Origin: Candidatus Kaiserbacteria bacterium
GTDB lineage: Bacteria > Patescibacteriota > Minisyncoccia > Phycocordibacterales > UBA2100
DNA: 64,000 nucleotides
Direction of reading: 5' to 3'
NCBI GenBank assembly: GCA_021413775.1
Contig: JAIOPS010000021.1
Span: forward strand, 5,014-69,013
Positions within the stretch are counted from its first letter, which is position 1; every line of letters begins with the position of its first letter. A program made the position numbers and the translations under genes. A model generated the notes under the pieces. That model was not told the DNA's origin, ran no database searches, and saw only the letters and a list, made by a program, of their open reading frames with translations. Below are positions 9,002-18,510 of this stretch, in pieces.

Positions 9002-10003
9002 ATGAAGAAAAAGGAGGGTTTGATACTCGGAGCATTACTTACGAAGCTCGCGCCCCGTCTCAAGGCAAAAGTACTCGTCGAGCCCGAATGGGGCGTCGTC
9101 GGGCAAATCACCTATGCGAACGGGAAGCGAAGGTATTTCCGATACAACACACTCGACCTCAATCCGGTCGGCGCGAGCGATGTCGCGAAGGATAAAGACT
9201 ACGCAGCATTTTTTATGCGGAAGCTCGGATACCCGGTCATCGAGGGGAAGACATTCTTTTCGCGGGAGTGGGCGAAAACAATCGGCTCGAAGCGGACCAT
9301 CGATGCGGGATTCGCGTACGCACAGACACTGGGATTCCCTGTTATCGTAAAACCCAACAGTGGAAGTCAGGGCACGGGAGTCGCGCTCGTGCACACAAAA
9401 AAAGACTTTTACTCCGCAGTGCGCAGAATACTCAGGAACGATAAGGTGGTGTTGGTTCAAAGACGCGTGGCCGGAAAAGACTACCGCATCGTTGTCCTCG
9501 ATGAGAAAGTAATCTCCGCATATGAGCGCACCCCACTTCAGATAACCGGCGACGGGCGTGCAACCATCTCGCAACTGCTCAGGAAAAAAGCCCGGGAATT
9601 CATCGCCGCAAGCCGCGACACGCAGCTTAAGCCGGATGATTCCCGCATCGCGGCCAAATTGAAGCGTCAAAAGCTGACCATGAAATCCGTTCCCGCAAAG
9701 GGCGAGAGCATCTACTTGCTCGATAATGCAAATCTTTCCACCGGCGGTGACTCACTCGATGTCACGGATAGTGTGCACCCCGGTTTCAAAAAACTCGCCG
9801 TTGCCCTTACGAAGGACATGGGACTGCGTCTGTGCGGCGTGGACATCATGACCGAGGGTGACATCACAAAGCCTCCCGTCAAGTGGCATATTCTGGAAAT
9901 TAACGCCGCTCCCGGCCTCGACCACTACGCACGGAGCGGCAAAGCGCAGGAGAAAATCGTCGAAGACCTGTACCTCAAAGTCCTCACGAGCCTCTCACGC
10001 TAG
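9002..10003 (+). CDS. ATP-grasp ligase, cyanophycin-synthetase-N-terminal/RimK-like
   Basis: ORF 8882..10003; start moved to MKKKEG at 9002. VIVKPNSGSQGTGVALV, ITGDGRATISQLL and WHILEINAAPGL motifs typical of ATP-grasp peptide ligases. Divergent from the purL operon start. Confidence 0.65.
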   Translation: MKKKEGLILGALLTKLAPRLKAKVLVEPEWGVVGQITYANGKRRYFRYNTLDLNPVGASDVAKDKDYAAFFMRKLGYPVIEGKTFFSREWAKTIGSKRTIDAGFAYAQTLGFPVIVKPNSGSQGTGVALVHTKKDFYSAVRRILRNDKVVLVQRRVAGKDYRIVVLDEKVISAYERTPLQITGDGRATISQLLRKKAREFIAASRDTQLKPDDSRIAAKLKRQKLTMKSVPAKGESIYLLDNANLSTGGDSLDVTDSVHPGFKKLAVALTKDMGLRLCGVDIMTEGDITKPPVKWHILEINAAPGLDHYARSGKAQEKIVEDLYLKVLTSLSR

Positions 10004-10500
10004 CGTTCCAGGTCAATCCAATGATACGTGATGCCGTTCCAATCGCGCTGCTCGTCGGCGAGTACCCTCGTGAATTCAGTTTCGTATGCGGGAAAGTATG
10101 TGTCCCCCTCCGCCGTCGCATCAATACGCGTGAGACACAGGCGCGTAGTATACGGAAGCGCCGCTTCATAAATCTGCGCTCCGCCGCCGATTGATATCCA
10201 TTCAGAATCAATGACCTTTGCTTTCTCCAGGGCCTCTTCGACGGAAGCCGCCGTGATGACACCGTCGTACGACCACGAAGTATCACGCGTGACGACAATG
10301 TTCGTCCTTCCGGGGAGCGGCTTCCCCAGGTAGCCGACAATGGATTCGAATGTTTTCCTGCCGAGGATAATGGGGTGTCCGGCGGTTACATCCCGGAAAC
10401 GCTTAAGGTCATCAGGAATATGCCACAGAAGCTTGTTCTCCTTACCGAGAACTCTATCTCTGCCGATTGCGGCTATGGCTGCGACGACGGGAGAACTCAT
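10000..10500 (-). CDS. folA: dihydrofolate reductase
   Basis: ORF 10000..10758; start at internal Met (MSSPVVAAIAAIGRDRVLGKENKLLWHIPDDLKRF...) at 10500. Classic DHFR N-terminal motif and ~167 aa size. Confidence 0.8.
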   Translation of the reverse strand: MSSPVVAAIAAIGRDRVLGKENKLLWHIPDDLKRFRDVTAGHPIILGRKTFESIVGYLGKPLPGRTNIVVTRDTSWSYDGVITAASVEEALEKAKVIDSEWISIGGGAQIYEAALPYTTRLCLTRIDATAEGDTYFPAYETEFTRVLADEQRDWNGITYHWIDLER

Positions 10501-10578
10501 CCGAAAACAATACCACAACCCATTTCCCACTAGCCTGCAATCGCGACGCTGAAAGGCGTCGGGATATAATGCCCGAAC

Positions 10579-11253
10579 ATGCAGAATTACGAAGTCGAAA
10601 TAAAAGCGCTCCTGGGCACACCTGAAAAGGCCGATGCCATCAGGAGTGCGCTTAAGAAAATCGACCCGTCCTGCGAAATACTGTCGCGCAACAAACAACT
10701 CAACCATTACTTCACCGGCGGTTCGCTTGAGAACCTCGTAGAAGTCGTACGTACGCACCTCACGCCGGAGGCCGCGTCGCGGCTCGACTCGATGGCTGCA
10801 AACGCGAAAGAGTATTCCGTGCGCACACGCGACAAAGACGGACAGGTGCTCCTCGTCGTCAAAGTTTCCGTGGGTTCTGACACAAGCTCAAACGGTGTCG
10901 CGCGTATGGAGTTCGAAGAATGGGTCCAGCTCACGCTTGAGGAGCTGGATGCTCTCGTACTGACTGCGGGATTTACGTATCAGGCGAAATGGTCCCGGGA
11001 GAGAGAAGAGTACGTGTGCAACGGCACAAACATTACGCTCGACAAAAACGCCGGATACGGCTGGCTGGCGGAATTTGAACGCGTTGTCGACGATGAAAGC
11101 AAGGTCGCGGGCGCACGGGCGGATATCGAATCGCTGATGCAGACGGTCGGCGCGAAGGAGCTGCCGCAGGACAGGCTTGAGCGCATGTTCACCTTCTACA
11201 ACGCCCACTGGCCCGAGTACTATGGGACCGAAAAAATATTCATAGTAGAATGA
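10579..11253 (+). CDS. CYTH-domain protein (triphosphate tunnel metalloenzyme; CyaB/ThTPase-like)
   Basis: 224 aa beginning MQNYEVEIKAL (EXEXK-like signature of CYTH). Ends 6 nt before dcd start. Confidence 0.5.
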   Translation: MQNYEVEIKALLGTPEKADAIRSALKKIDPSCEILSRNKQLNHYFTGGSLENLVEVVRTHLTPEAASRLDSMAANAKEYSVRTRDKDGQVLLVVKVSVGSDTSSNGVARMEFEEWVQLTLEELDALVLTAGFTYQAKWSREREEYVCNGTNITLDKNAGYGWLAEFERVVDDESKVAGARADIESLMQTVGAKELPQDRLERMFTFYNAHWPEYYGTEKIFIVE

Positions 11254-11259
11254 CCCTCT

Positions 11260-11829
11260 ATGTTTTTATCCGACATCGACATTAAGAAAGCGGTTGAAGA
11301 GGGCCATATCGTGCTCGAGCCTTTCGACGAGACCCGGCTCCAGCCCGTTTCGTACGACATCCTTCTCGGAAATAAATTTATCGAGAATGACGCGAGCGCG
11401 ACACACTTCGTGGATCCGTCGCGAAAAATCTTCGCAAAAACGCACGAGACCGTCGTCAAAGACGGCGAAGAGTTCGTCCTCCACCCCGGAGTTTCTGTCC
11501 TCGGCCTCTCCAAGGAGTTTTTCGGTTCGGACCACTACCTCATACAGGTCGGCGGCAAGTCCTCCCTCGCGCGCTGCGGACTCATGATTCACAACACGGC
11601 GGGCATCATCAATCCGGGACATTTCCTGCATATCACTTTTGAAATAACGAATCAGAACAACATCCCGATAATTCTCCGTCCGGGCATGGAAATCGCACAG
11701 ATAACGTTCTCGATGATATCGAGCCCCCCGAAACAGAACTACAAGAAAACCGGGCGCTTTGCGAAGGACAACTGGAAACACTTCGTGAGTGCGAAAGCAA
11801 AAAAAGCCAAGAAGCCCGCTAAGAAATAA
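11260..11829 (+). CDS. dcd: dCTP deaminase
   Basis: 189 aa; SYDILLG, GxxSSLARxG and dUTPase-like fold motifs; immediately followed by thyA. Confidence 0.85.
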   Translation: MFLSDIDIKKAVEEGHIVLEPFDETRLQPVSYDILLGNKFIENDASATHFVDPSRKIFAKTHETVVKDGEEFVLHPGVSVLGLSKEFFGSDHYLIQVGGKSSLARCGLMIHNTAGIINPGHFLHITFEITNQNNIPIILRPGMEIAQITFSMISSPPKQNYKKTGRFAKDNWKHFVSAKAKKAKKPAKK

Positions 11830-11833
11830 ACGT

Positions 11834-12796
11834 ATGAATTCCCGTCACCCCGAAATGCAGTACATGGACCTGATGCGGGAAACGCTCGCGGGCGAAGAGC
11901 AGGTGGATAAGGGTACGGGAGTGAAAACGTACAGCGTATTCGGGCGACAGATCCGCTTCGACCTGTCGCAGGGCTTGCCGGTTCTCACCACAAAAAAAGT
12001 GTACTGGAACGGAGTCCTGCACGAGCTGTACTGGTTCCTCTCCGGTCAGTCGAACATCAAATACCTCGTCGACCACAATGTGCACATTTGGGACGACTAC
12101 CCGTATAAGATTTACAGCGAAAAGGCGGAGAAAGAGAAATGGCCGCCGATGACGAAAGATGAGTTCATCGGAAAGATTAAAGACGACGACGCATTCGCCG
12201 CAGCTCACGGTGAACTCCCTCACATCTACGGAGAGTCGTGGCGACGCTGGCCCGCCGAAGACGGCCGGACCGTGGACCAGCTCGGCTGGGCGATTGAAGA
12301 ACTCCGGAAAGACCCCGATGCGCATAACACGCTCGTGTCATCCTGGAATCCGCCATACCTCTATTCAATGGCAAAAAAGGGACAGGGTGCGCGCTTCCCC
12401 ATCTGCCACAATATGTACCAAATAAATATCAAGCACGGCAAAGTGTGTTTGCAGCTCTACCAGCGCTCAGCGGATGTCTTTCTCGGGGTTCCCTTCAATA
12501 TCGCGAGCTACGCGCTTCTCACCGCAATTATTGCGAAAATTCTCGGGCGCGAGCCGGGCGAGTTCATCCATACATTCGGCGACCTGCACATCTACGAGAA
12601 CCACCGTGCGCAGGCCGAAGAGCAGCTCGCCCGCGAACCGCTTCCGTTCCCCACCGTTTCGTTCAACCGCGATTTTGACTCACTCGACTCGTTCAAACCC
12701 GAATACGTCGAACTGAACGGATACACGGCCCATCCTCCCATCAAAGCGGAGCTCACCGTCGCCGGGGGCTACAACAAAGACTTACACGGCGTATGA
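11834..12796 (+). CDS. thyA: thymidylate synthase (ThyA, with insertion)
   Basis: ORF 11789..12796; start at ATG 11834 just after dcd stop. Motifs RFPICHNMYQ, QLYQRSADVFLGVPFNIASYALLT. Confidence 0.9.
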   Translation: MNSRHPEMQYMDLMRETLAGEEQVDKGTGVKTYSVFGRQIRFDLSQGLPVLTTKKVYWNGVLHELYWFLSGQSNIKYLVDHNVHIWDDYPYKIYSEKAEKEKWPPMTKDEFIGKIKDDDAFAAAHGELPHIYGESWRRWPAEDGRTVDQLGWAIEELRKDPDAHNTLVSSWNPPYLYSMAKKGQGARFPICHNMYQINIKHGKVCLQLYQRSADVFLGVPFNIASYALLTAIIAKILGREPGEFIHTFGDLHIYENHRAQAEEQLAREPLPFPTVSFNRDFDSLDSFKPEYVELNGYTAHPPIKAELTVAGGYNKDLHGV

Positions 12797-12838
12797 TATA
12801 ACCTCACTATCAATGCATTATCAAAATCATTTTTTATT

Positions 12839-14107
12839 ATGGAACTCTACCCTCACATAAAGAAGCAGGACAAGAAAGTGTACGACGCGATACAGGGCGA
12901 GGAAAAGCGCCAGGCGGAGGGACTTGAACTCATACCCTCTGAAAACTACGTCTCGCGTGCGGTCCGTGAGGCAAACGCCTCCTCGCTCACAAACAAGTAC
13001 TCCGAAGGATACCCAGGCAAGCGTTATTACGGCGGGCAGGAATATACGGACGAAGTGGAGGTGTTCGCCATCGAGCGCGCGAAAAAGCTTTTCGGTGCGA
13101 AGTACGCCAACGTCCAACCGCACGCAGGCGCCCCCGCGAATGTCGGCATGTACTTCGCGCTGCTCGAGCCGGGAGACACCGTTCTGGGCATGGACCTCTC
13201 GCACGGCGGTCACCTCACCCATGGACACCCCGTGACCTACCTCACAAAAATCTTCAATTTCGTCCGCTATAAGATGAAGAATATTGAAACCGGCGAAATT
13301 GATTACGACGAGATGCTGAAAGTCGCGAAGAAATCAAAGCCGAAAATCGTCCTCGCCGGCTACTCTGCGTATCCCCGTGAACTCGACTATGCGAAGTTCG
13401 TTTCGATTGCCCGGGAAGTCGGCGCGTACGCCGTAATGGACATCGCGCACATCGCAGGTCTCATCGCCGGCAAAGCGGTGAAGAATCCGTTCGATTACGG
13501 CTTCGACATCATGACGACAACGACCCACAAAACTCTCCGCGGACCTCGCGGCGGCATGATACTCACGCGCGAAGACGCCGATTTCGCGAAGAAAATAGAC
13601 AAATCAATCTTCCCCGGTCTTCAGGGAGGACCCTTGATGCACAACATCGCCGCAAAGGCAGTATGTTTCGGCGAAGCGTTGAATCCGAAGTTCCGTACCT
13701 ACGCGAAACAGATTCTCAAAAATGCCAAGGCCATGGAGAAGGTCTTCAAGGCCGCCGATATCCGCATGATTACGGGCGGCACATCGAACCATCTCATTCT
13801 TGCGGATGTGTACGGCTCACTCGGTATCTCCGGCAAAGAAGCCGAGACCCTGCTCGACGAGGTCGGAATAACGCTCAATAAGAATTCCATCGCCGACGAT
13901 GTGCGCGGACCGATGGACCCGTCGGGCATCCGTTTCGGCACGCCCGCCATCACGACACGCGGCTTCAAAGAAAAGGAGTCGGTCCGCGTCGCAGAACTCA
14001 TGATTGAGACACTCAAGAACAAAAGTGATAAGAAGAAGCACCGGGCGGCGCGTGAAGAAATCCGTAAGATGTGCAAGAAGTTCCCGATTCCTGAATCGTT
14101 CGTCTAG
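12839..14107 (+). CDS. glyA: serine hydroxymethyltransferase
   Basis: 422 aa; ELIPSENY, GYPGKRYYGG, TTTTHKTLRGPRGG (PLP lysine) motifs. Confidence 0.95.
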   Translation: MELYPHIKKQDKKVYDAIQGEEKRQAEGLELIPSENYVSRAVREANASSLTNKYSEGYPGKRYYGGQEYTDEVEVFAIERAKKLFGAKYANVQPHAGAPANVGMYFALLEPGDTVLGMDLSHGGHLTHGHPVTYLTKIFNFVRYKMKNIETGEIDYDEMLKVAKKSKPKIVLAGYSAYPRELDYAKFVSIAREVGAYAVMDIAHIAGLIAGKAVKNPFDYGFDIMTTTTHKTLRGPRGGMILTREDADFAKKIDKSIFPGLQGGPLMHNIAAKAVCFGEALNPKFRTYAKQILKNAKAMEKVFKAADIRMITGGTSNHLILADVYGSLGISGKEAETLLDEVGITLNKNSIADDVRGPMDPSGIRFGTPAITTRGFKEKESVRVAELMIETLKNKSDKKKHRAAREEIRKMCKKFPIPESFV

Positions 14108-14136
14108 CTCCGCCGGAACCACGGTATACTTCTGCG

Positions 14137-14730
14137 ATGCAATCCGAGCTCATTCCTCTTATTAAGTTCATCGGGTACCCGGGCATCTTTGCGGTCGTCT
14201 TTCTCGAATCCGGTGTTTTCTTCGGATTCTTTCTGCCCGGAGCGTCCATGCTATTTACCGCCGGACTCCTCTCCTCTCACGGCTACTTCAGCCCGTGGGT
14301 GCTTATCCCGCTCGTTACTGTTGCGGCAATTCTCGGCGACAATACAGGGTACTGGTTCGGGAAGAAGGTGGGCGTAAAACTTTTTTTACGTCCGAACTCG
14401 CGGTGGTTTCGCCACGAACACCTCGAACAGGCCAAGCGCTTCTATGAAAAACACGGTGTGCGCACCATCGTCTTTGCGCGGTTCATTCCTTTCGTTCGCA
14501 CATTTGTGCCGATTATCGCCGGAATCGTGCGCATGGATTACCGCACGTTTGTTACGTTCAACATCGTCGGCGCGCTCACCTGGGGCGCCGGCGTGACATT
14601 CCTCGGATACTATCTCGGCGAAAAGGTCCCGTTGGTTCAGGAATATCTCACTCCGATAATCCTGGCAATCATCGTTGTGACACTCATCCCGCTTGCCTGG
14701 GACCTGCTGCGCAAGCACAGCCTGGACTAG
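14137..14730 (+). CDS. DedA/SNARE-associated family membrane protein
   Basis: 197 aa, multi-TM; GYxGIFAVVFLESGVFFGFFLPG and RFIPFVRTF motifs typical of DedA. Confidence 0.8.
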   Translation: MQSELIPLIKFIGYPGIFAVVFLESGVFFGFFLPGASMLFTAGLLSSHGYFSPWVLIPLVTVAAILGDNTGYWFGKKVGVKLFLRPNSRWFRHEHLEQAKRFYEKHGVRTIVFARFIPFVRTFVPIIAGIVRMDYRTFVTFNIVGALTWGAGVTFLGYYLGEKVPLVQEYLTPIILAIIVVTLIPLAWDLLRKHSLD

Positions 14731-15545
14731 GCGCGGAGCTGTTTGAGCCGCGCGAGGCCACCGTAGAGTCCGCCGATATCGCCGAGTTTTGAGTGAACGA
14801 TTTGGGGGATTTCCGGCGATGCTGTCCAAATCCGCGCGAGATGCGCTTGTATGCGGTCCACCGGGATACCTATATCATTCATCATCGAACCACCGAGAAT
14901 AACCATGCCGGGAGTCCAATGCACAATGGTGTTCAAAATACCGAATGCCGCAATCCGAGCGAGCGTTTCCCAACCATCCCACTCTTTTCCGAGTTCTCGC
15001 GGCGGTTTTCCGTACTGTTCCGATATTGATTTACCAGATATCATCTGCTCCCAGGTTCTGAGCGGCTCATCCATGCTTACATACTGTCTCCCGGTCGAAA
15101 TGCCTCTCGAAGGCTGCAGTTGACCGTCGATAACGTGTGCGCCGTTCACACCCGTTGAAATTGTGATGTAGACGATGTCTTTCGATGATTGCCCGGCCCC
15201 GTAGAGAGCCTCGCCGAGCGCGATAAGTGCGACATCGTTCTCGAGATGCGCACGTGCGCCGAGACGCTGTTCAATGTCCTCAGCGAAACGCGCTCCACTC
15301 CACTCCGACAGATTGGTCGCGTTCACAATAGTTCGCTTATCAGGCGACAAGAGTACGGGCACTCCTGCGACGAAGCCCTCTATAGGGTCGGCGCCCGCGA
15401 GATGCTTGGCGGTGTCCGATATCAGCTGCAGGGCGTCCTCATACCGCTGCGGAGTGTCCAGAATGACCGGCTCAGTGAATGATTCAGCGTCACGGGCCGC
15501 GGCTATACGTGTTTTCGTTCCCCCGATATCGGCGACAATATACAT
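14727..15545 (-). CDS. ROK-family sugar kinase (glucokinase-like)
   Basis: 272 aa; N-terminal ADIGGTKTR ATPase fold; LENDVALIALGE; ROK-like layout. Last gene of the sugar cluster. Confidence 0.75.
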   Translation of the reverse strand: MYIVADIGGTKTRIAAARDAESFTEPVILDTPQRYEDALQLISDTAKHLAGADPIEGFVAGVPVLLSPDKRTIVNATNLSEWSGARFAEDIEQRLGARAHLENDVALIALGEALYGAGQSSKDIVYITISTGVNGAHVIDGQLQPSRGISTGRQYVSMDEPLRTWEQMISGKSISEQYGKPPRELGKEWDGWETLARIAAFGILNTIVHWTPGMVILGGSMMNDIGIPVDRIQAHLARIWTASPEIPQIVHSKLGDIGGLYGGLARLKQLRA

Positions 15546-15546
15546 A

Positions 15547-16518
15547 TCAGAGGAGAATTCTTTTTTTAAATTCGGCTATGAGCGGCGTTTCCGGATTCGG
15601 TACACCGTACGTCTGTGCGAGTTGGAGCGAGGTCCAGGATGCGAGAACGAGTGACGAGAAGGCCTTTGTAAACCCGTCGCCTGCGAGCGGTATCCGCTCG
15701 ACGCGTGTGCCGTGCTCTTCTAGAACTTCCCCCGCAACCTGCATGCGTTTCTGTATGCGAACATGGTCGTTCACATCCTGCAGAAAAAGCGCGTGGATGT
15801 TCGTCGAGAGCGGCCGGGTCGAATCGACGACATCATATCCGGAAAGTTCGTTGTGGTTCATTTCAGGAAACACATTGCAAAATGCCGGTATCTTTGATGT
15901 TTCGTTGAAATTTATCTTCCAGAAATACGCGAGGGGGGTGTTGGCGGTTGACGCATAGATGACGGGGATTTTTTGTGTGAGGAGCGAGCCGAGGCGCCGC
16001 CCTTCCGTCTCAAATGCTGCGGCGTCCACTCCTGAGCCGGCGGCGCGGATAGCCGCTTCAAGCTCCGTATTTCCCATAATGTGCGCCACGGCGAGCATGG
16101 AGAGGCCGACTGCCATACGGGGCTCGAGTCCCAGTTGCGGGAGCGTCACGCTCGGAAGCGCATGTTCACGGGCGAATTCAAGCAGCGCTCCTCCGGTAGT
16201 CACGACCGCAATGGGTAATCCGCGCGCGAGCGCCTCTTTTCCGGCGTCGAGTATTTCTTCCGTGCCACCGGAGTACGAACTGAGAATAACGAGCGCATCC
16301 GCATGGACCGTCGGAGGCAATACGGGTAATCCGTAGTCGCGGTGAATGTACATCGTCGGAACCGAACCGTATCGTTTCACTATCCAGGGACCGAGGTGCG
16401 AACCTCCCATTCCGCATACGATAGTGTTCGTGCGCGGCCGGAGTGATTCGCTGCGCTCGACGACCGGTTCCCAGGAGAACTGTTCTCCGAACCTGCGAAT
16501 CGTATCTTCGAGTGCCAT
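15547..16518 (-). CDS. bifunctional phosphoglucose/phosphomannose isomerase-like SIS protein (archaeal-type PGI/PMI)
   Basis: ORF 15547..16620; start at internal MALEDTIRRFGEQF (16518) avoids overlap with GH15. Motifs CGMGGSHLGP, ILSSYSGGTEE. Confidence 0.6.
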   Translation of the reverse strand: MALEDTIRRFGEQFSWEPVVERSESLRPRTNTIVCGMGGSHLGPWIVKRYGSVPTMYIHRDYGLPVLPPTVHADALVILSSYSGGTEEILDAGKEALARGLPIAVVTTGGALLEFAREHALPSVTLPQLGLEPRMAVGLSMLAVAHIMGNTELEAAIRAAGSGVDAAAFETEGRRLGSLLTQKIPVIYASTANTPLAYFWKINFNETSKIPAFCNVFPEMNHNELSGYDVVDSTRPLSTNIHALFLQDVNDHVRIQKRMQVAGEVLEEHGTRVERIPLAGDGFTKAFSSLVLASWTSLQLAQTYGVPNPETPLIAEFKKRILL

Positions 16519-16535
16519 GGGGCGGATTGTACCAT

Positions 16536-18509
16536 TCACTCTCCCCGGCTGTGAACCCCTATCTCGCGGACTTTCTCTATGTATTTGAGGACCGTCAAAA
16601 CGTATGCCGCATGTGACCATGTGAGAGGTGTCGCACCCACCTGGTTACCGGTGCGCGGATCAAGCTGCTCAGAGAGCACACCGGATTTCTGGGCATGCTT
16701 GAGCACCCAATTGAAAATATCGCGCACGCGGTCGAGGTCGTGCGCAGTGCGGGCATTGGCGATGAGGAATTCCGCATACCAAAGCGTCGTTACGACCCAC
16801 GGATTACCGGGTGCATCTTTTGAAATCCGGTAGTAGTCGTCCTCCTCGAAGCGGGCGAGGCCTCCCGAAGGAATCCCCGCGGAGAGCGTGCGGATACAGG
16901 TCTCGAATGCGCGCGCCAACTTCGGGTCATCATGTTTCATCACACCGAATGCAAAGACGCCGTATGCGCCCGATATGTCGATGGTCCGGTCGACCACGTC
17001 TCCGCTCTGCGAAGCCGATATCATATTTACAAACGTCGATTTCTCCGCATCCCACAAGTGCTCGAGAATTCCTGCACGCACCTCTTCCGCAGTCCGCCGG
17101 TACTTCTCCTCGTGCGTATCTTTACCGAGTATTTTCGAAAGTTCCGCTGCCGCAATGAGCGCTCCGTATACCGCAGCGCTGGTGAACGTCGAGGTACCCC
17201 GTTTGCGCTCCCACAAATCATACGACTTATCCGGCAGGCCGGTCACGGCGTCGCGGTATCGCACGAGAAAGTTCGCGGCTTTTTCAACGAGAGGATTGTA
17301 CATTTCCTCAAGAAATTCAAGGTCGTGGCTCTTCTCGTAGTGACGGTACAGGGCGTACAAAACCAACGCCGTCTCATCTTCCTGTATCGGGAGCTGAAAC
17401 TTGCCGTTCGCTATCCACGGATGCCACGACGAGCCCAGGCTGCGGTCGGGCAGATATTTATGCATGAAATACCCTTCCGGCGTAATCGTATCCCGACAAA
17501 ATTCGAAAAAACGCTTCGCGACATTTGTATCCCCCGCAGAATCGAGCGCGAGCGCCGTGTACGCCGCGTCGCGGGGCCATACGTACGAGTACGTATCGAG
17601 ACCGTACTGGAGCATGTCCGAATCGGATGATGCGAGAATGCCGCCGCCTTTATCAACCGCCGCTCTGATGTACATGAGGCTCTTCGCATAGAGCCCCGCC
17701 TGTTCCGGTGAAAGTCCCGTGAGCTCACATTTGTTCGCGTTGACCCATGCGTTCCAAAATGCGGTCGCTGTTTTTATGAGATGTTCGGGCGTTTTCTTTA
17801 CGATGTAGTCATTGAGCTCTTCTGCCTCCTGAATCGACTGCGCAGCCGCGAGCCAGTAGTATGCGGTTTTCGATTGCTGAGGTGCGTACGAACCATAGAG
17901 ACCGATGACAGAGTCCGCCGGGCCGTGCTCAATAGGATTTTTACTCAATACGCCGTCGTCCGCATCGCGGTGCGAGCCTTCTTTGCCCTGAAAATTACTC
18001 CTGCCCGTCGCGTAATCTTCAAAAGGCGTCCCGTCCAAGGTAGCTCCTATGAGAAACACCCGGCGTCCTTTGTAGTGGATGACGGAATGCGACAGAGGGT
18101 CGAAGTACGCAGTATCCGAACCGTGAGATTTATATATTTCAAACTGATGCCCGAAGTACAACTTGATGACCCTGTTCTTGCTTCCAAGATTTTTTACCGA
18201 AATGCGACGCAGGAATACCGGCTTTTCGTTGTACACGATATCTTTGAAGGTCAACTCTACTCCGAGGACATCGTGCTTTGCGGTAATGGCGCTCGACAAA
18301 GCGGCATCTTCGCACGCGACCTCAATTTTCCACCTGGAATCCTCTGTAAACCAACTCATCTGCCCGTCTACCCAGACGCCGATGCGGTGGATGTAATTTC
18401 CGCGCACGTGGTCTTCCAGACCGACGTACGGATAGTAGATATCGCGGACCAGCCCGAGCGCATCAAGCGCTACGCATAACTCCCCGTTGGAAAGAACAAT
18501 CGAGCGCAT
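16536..18509 (-). CDS. glycoside hydrolase family 15 (glucoamylase/glucodextranase-like)
   Basis: ORF 16536..18557; start MRSIVLSNGEL at 18509 abuts GH57 stop. (alpha/alpha)6-barrel GH15 motifs (YSYVWPRDAAYT, LWERKRG, GLPxxLDPRTG). Confidence 0.8.
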   Translation of the reverse strand: MRSIVLSNGELCVALDALGLVRDIYYPYVGLEDHVRGNYIHRIGVWVDGQMSWFTEDSRWKIEVACEDAALSSAITAKHDVLGVELTFKDIVYNEKPVFLRRISVKNLGSKNRVIKLYFGHQFEIYKSHGSDTAYFDPLSHSVIHYKGRRVFLIGATLDGTPFEDYATGRSNFQGKEGSHRDADDGVLSKNPIEHGPADSVIGLYGSYAPQQSKTAYYWLAAAQSIQEAEELNDYIVKKTPEHLIKTATAFWNAWVNANKCELTGLSPEQAGLYAKSLMYIRAAVDKGGGILASSDSDMLQYGLDTYSYVWPRDAAYTALALDSAGDTNVAKRFFEFCRDTITPEGYFMHKYLPDRSLGSSWHPWIANGKFQLPIQEDETALVLYALYRHYEKSHDLEFLEEMYNPLVEKAANFLVRYRDAVTGLPDKSYDLWERKRGTSTFTSAAVYGALIAAAELSKILGKDTHEEKYRRTAEEVRAGILEHLWDAEKSTFVNMISASQSGDVVDRTIDISGAYGVFAFGVMKHDDPKLARAFETCIRTLSAGIPSGGLARFEEDDYYRISKDAPGNPWVVTTLWYAEFLIANARTAHDLDRVRDIFNWVLKHAQKSGVLSEQLDPRTGNQVGATPLTWSHAAYVLTVLKYIEKVREIGVHSRGE

Positions 18510-18510
18510 A

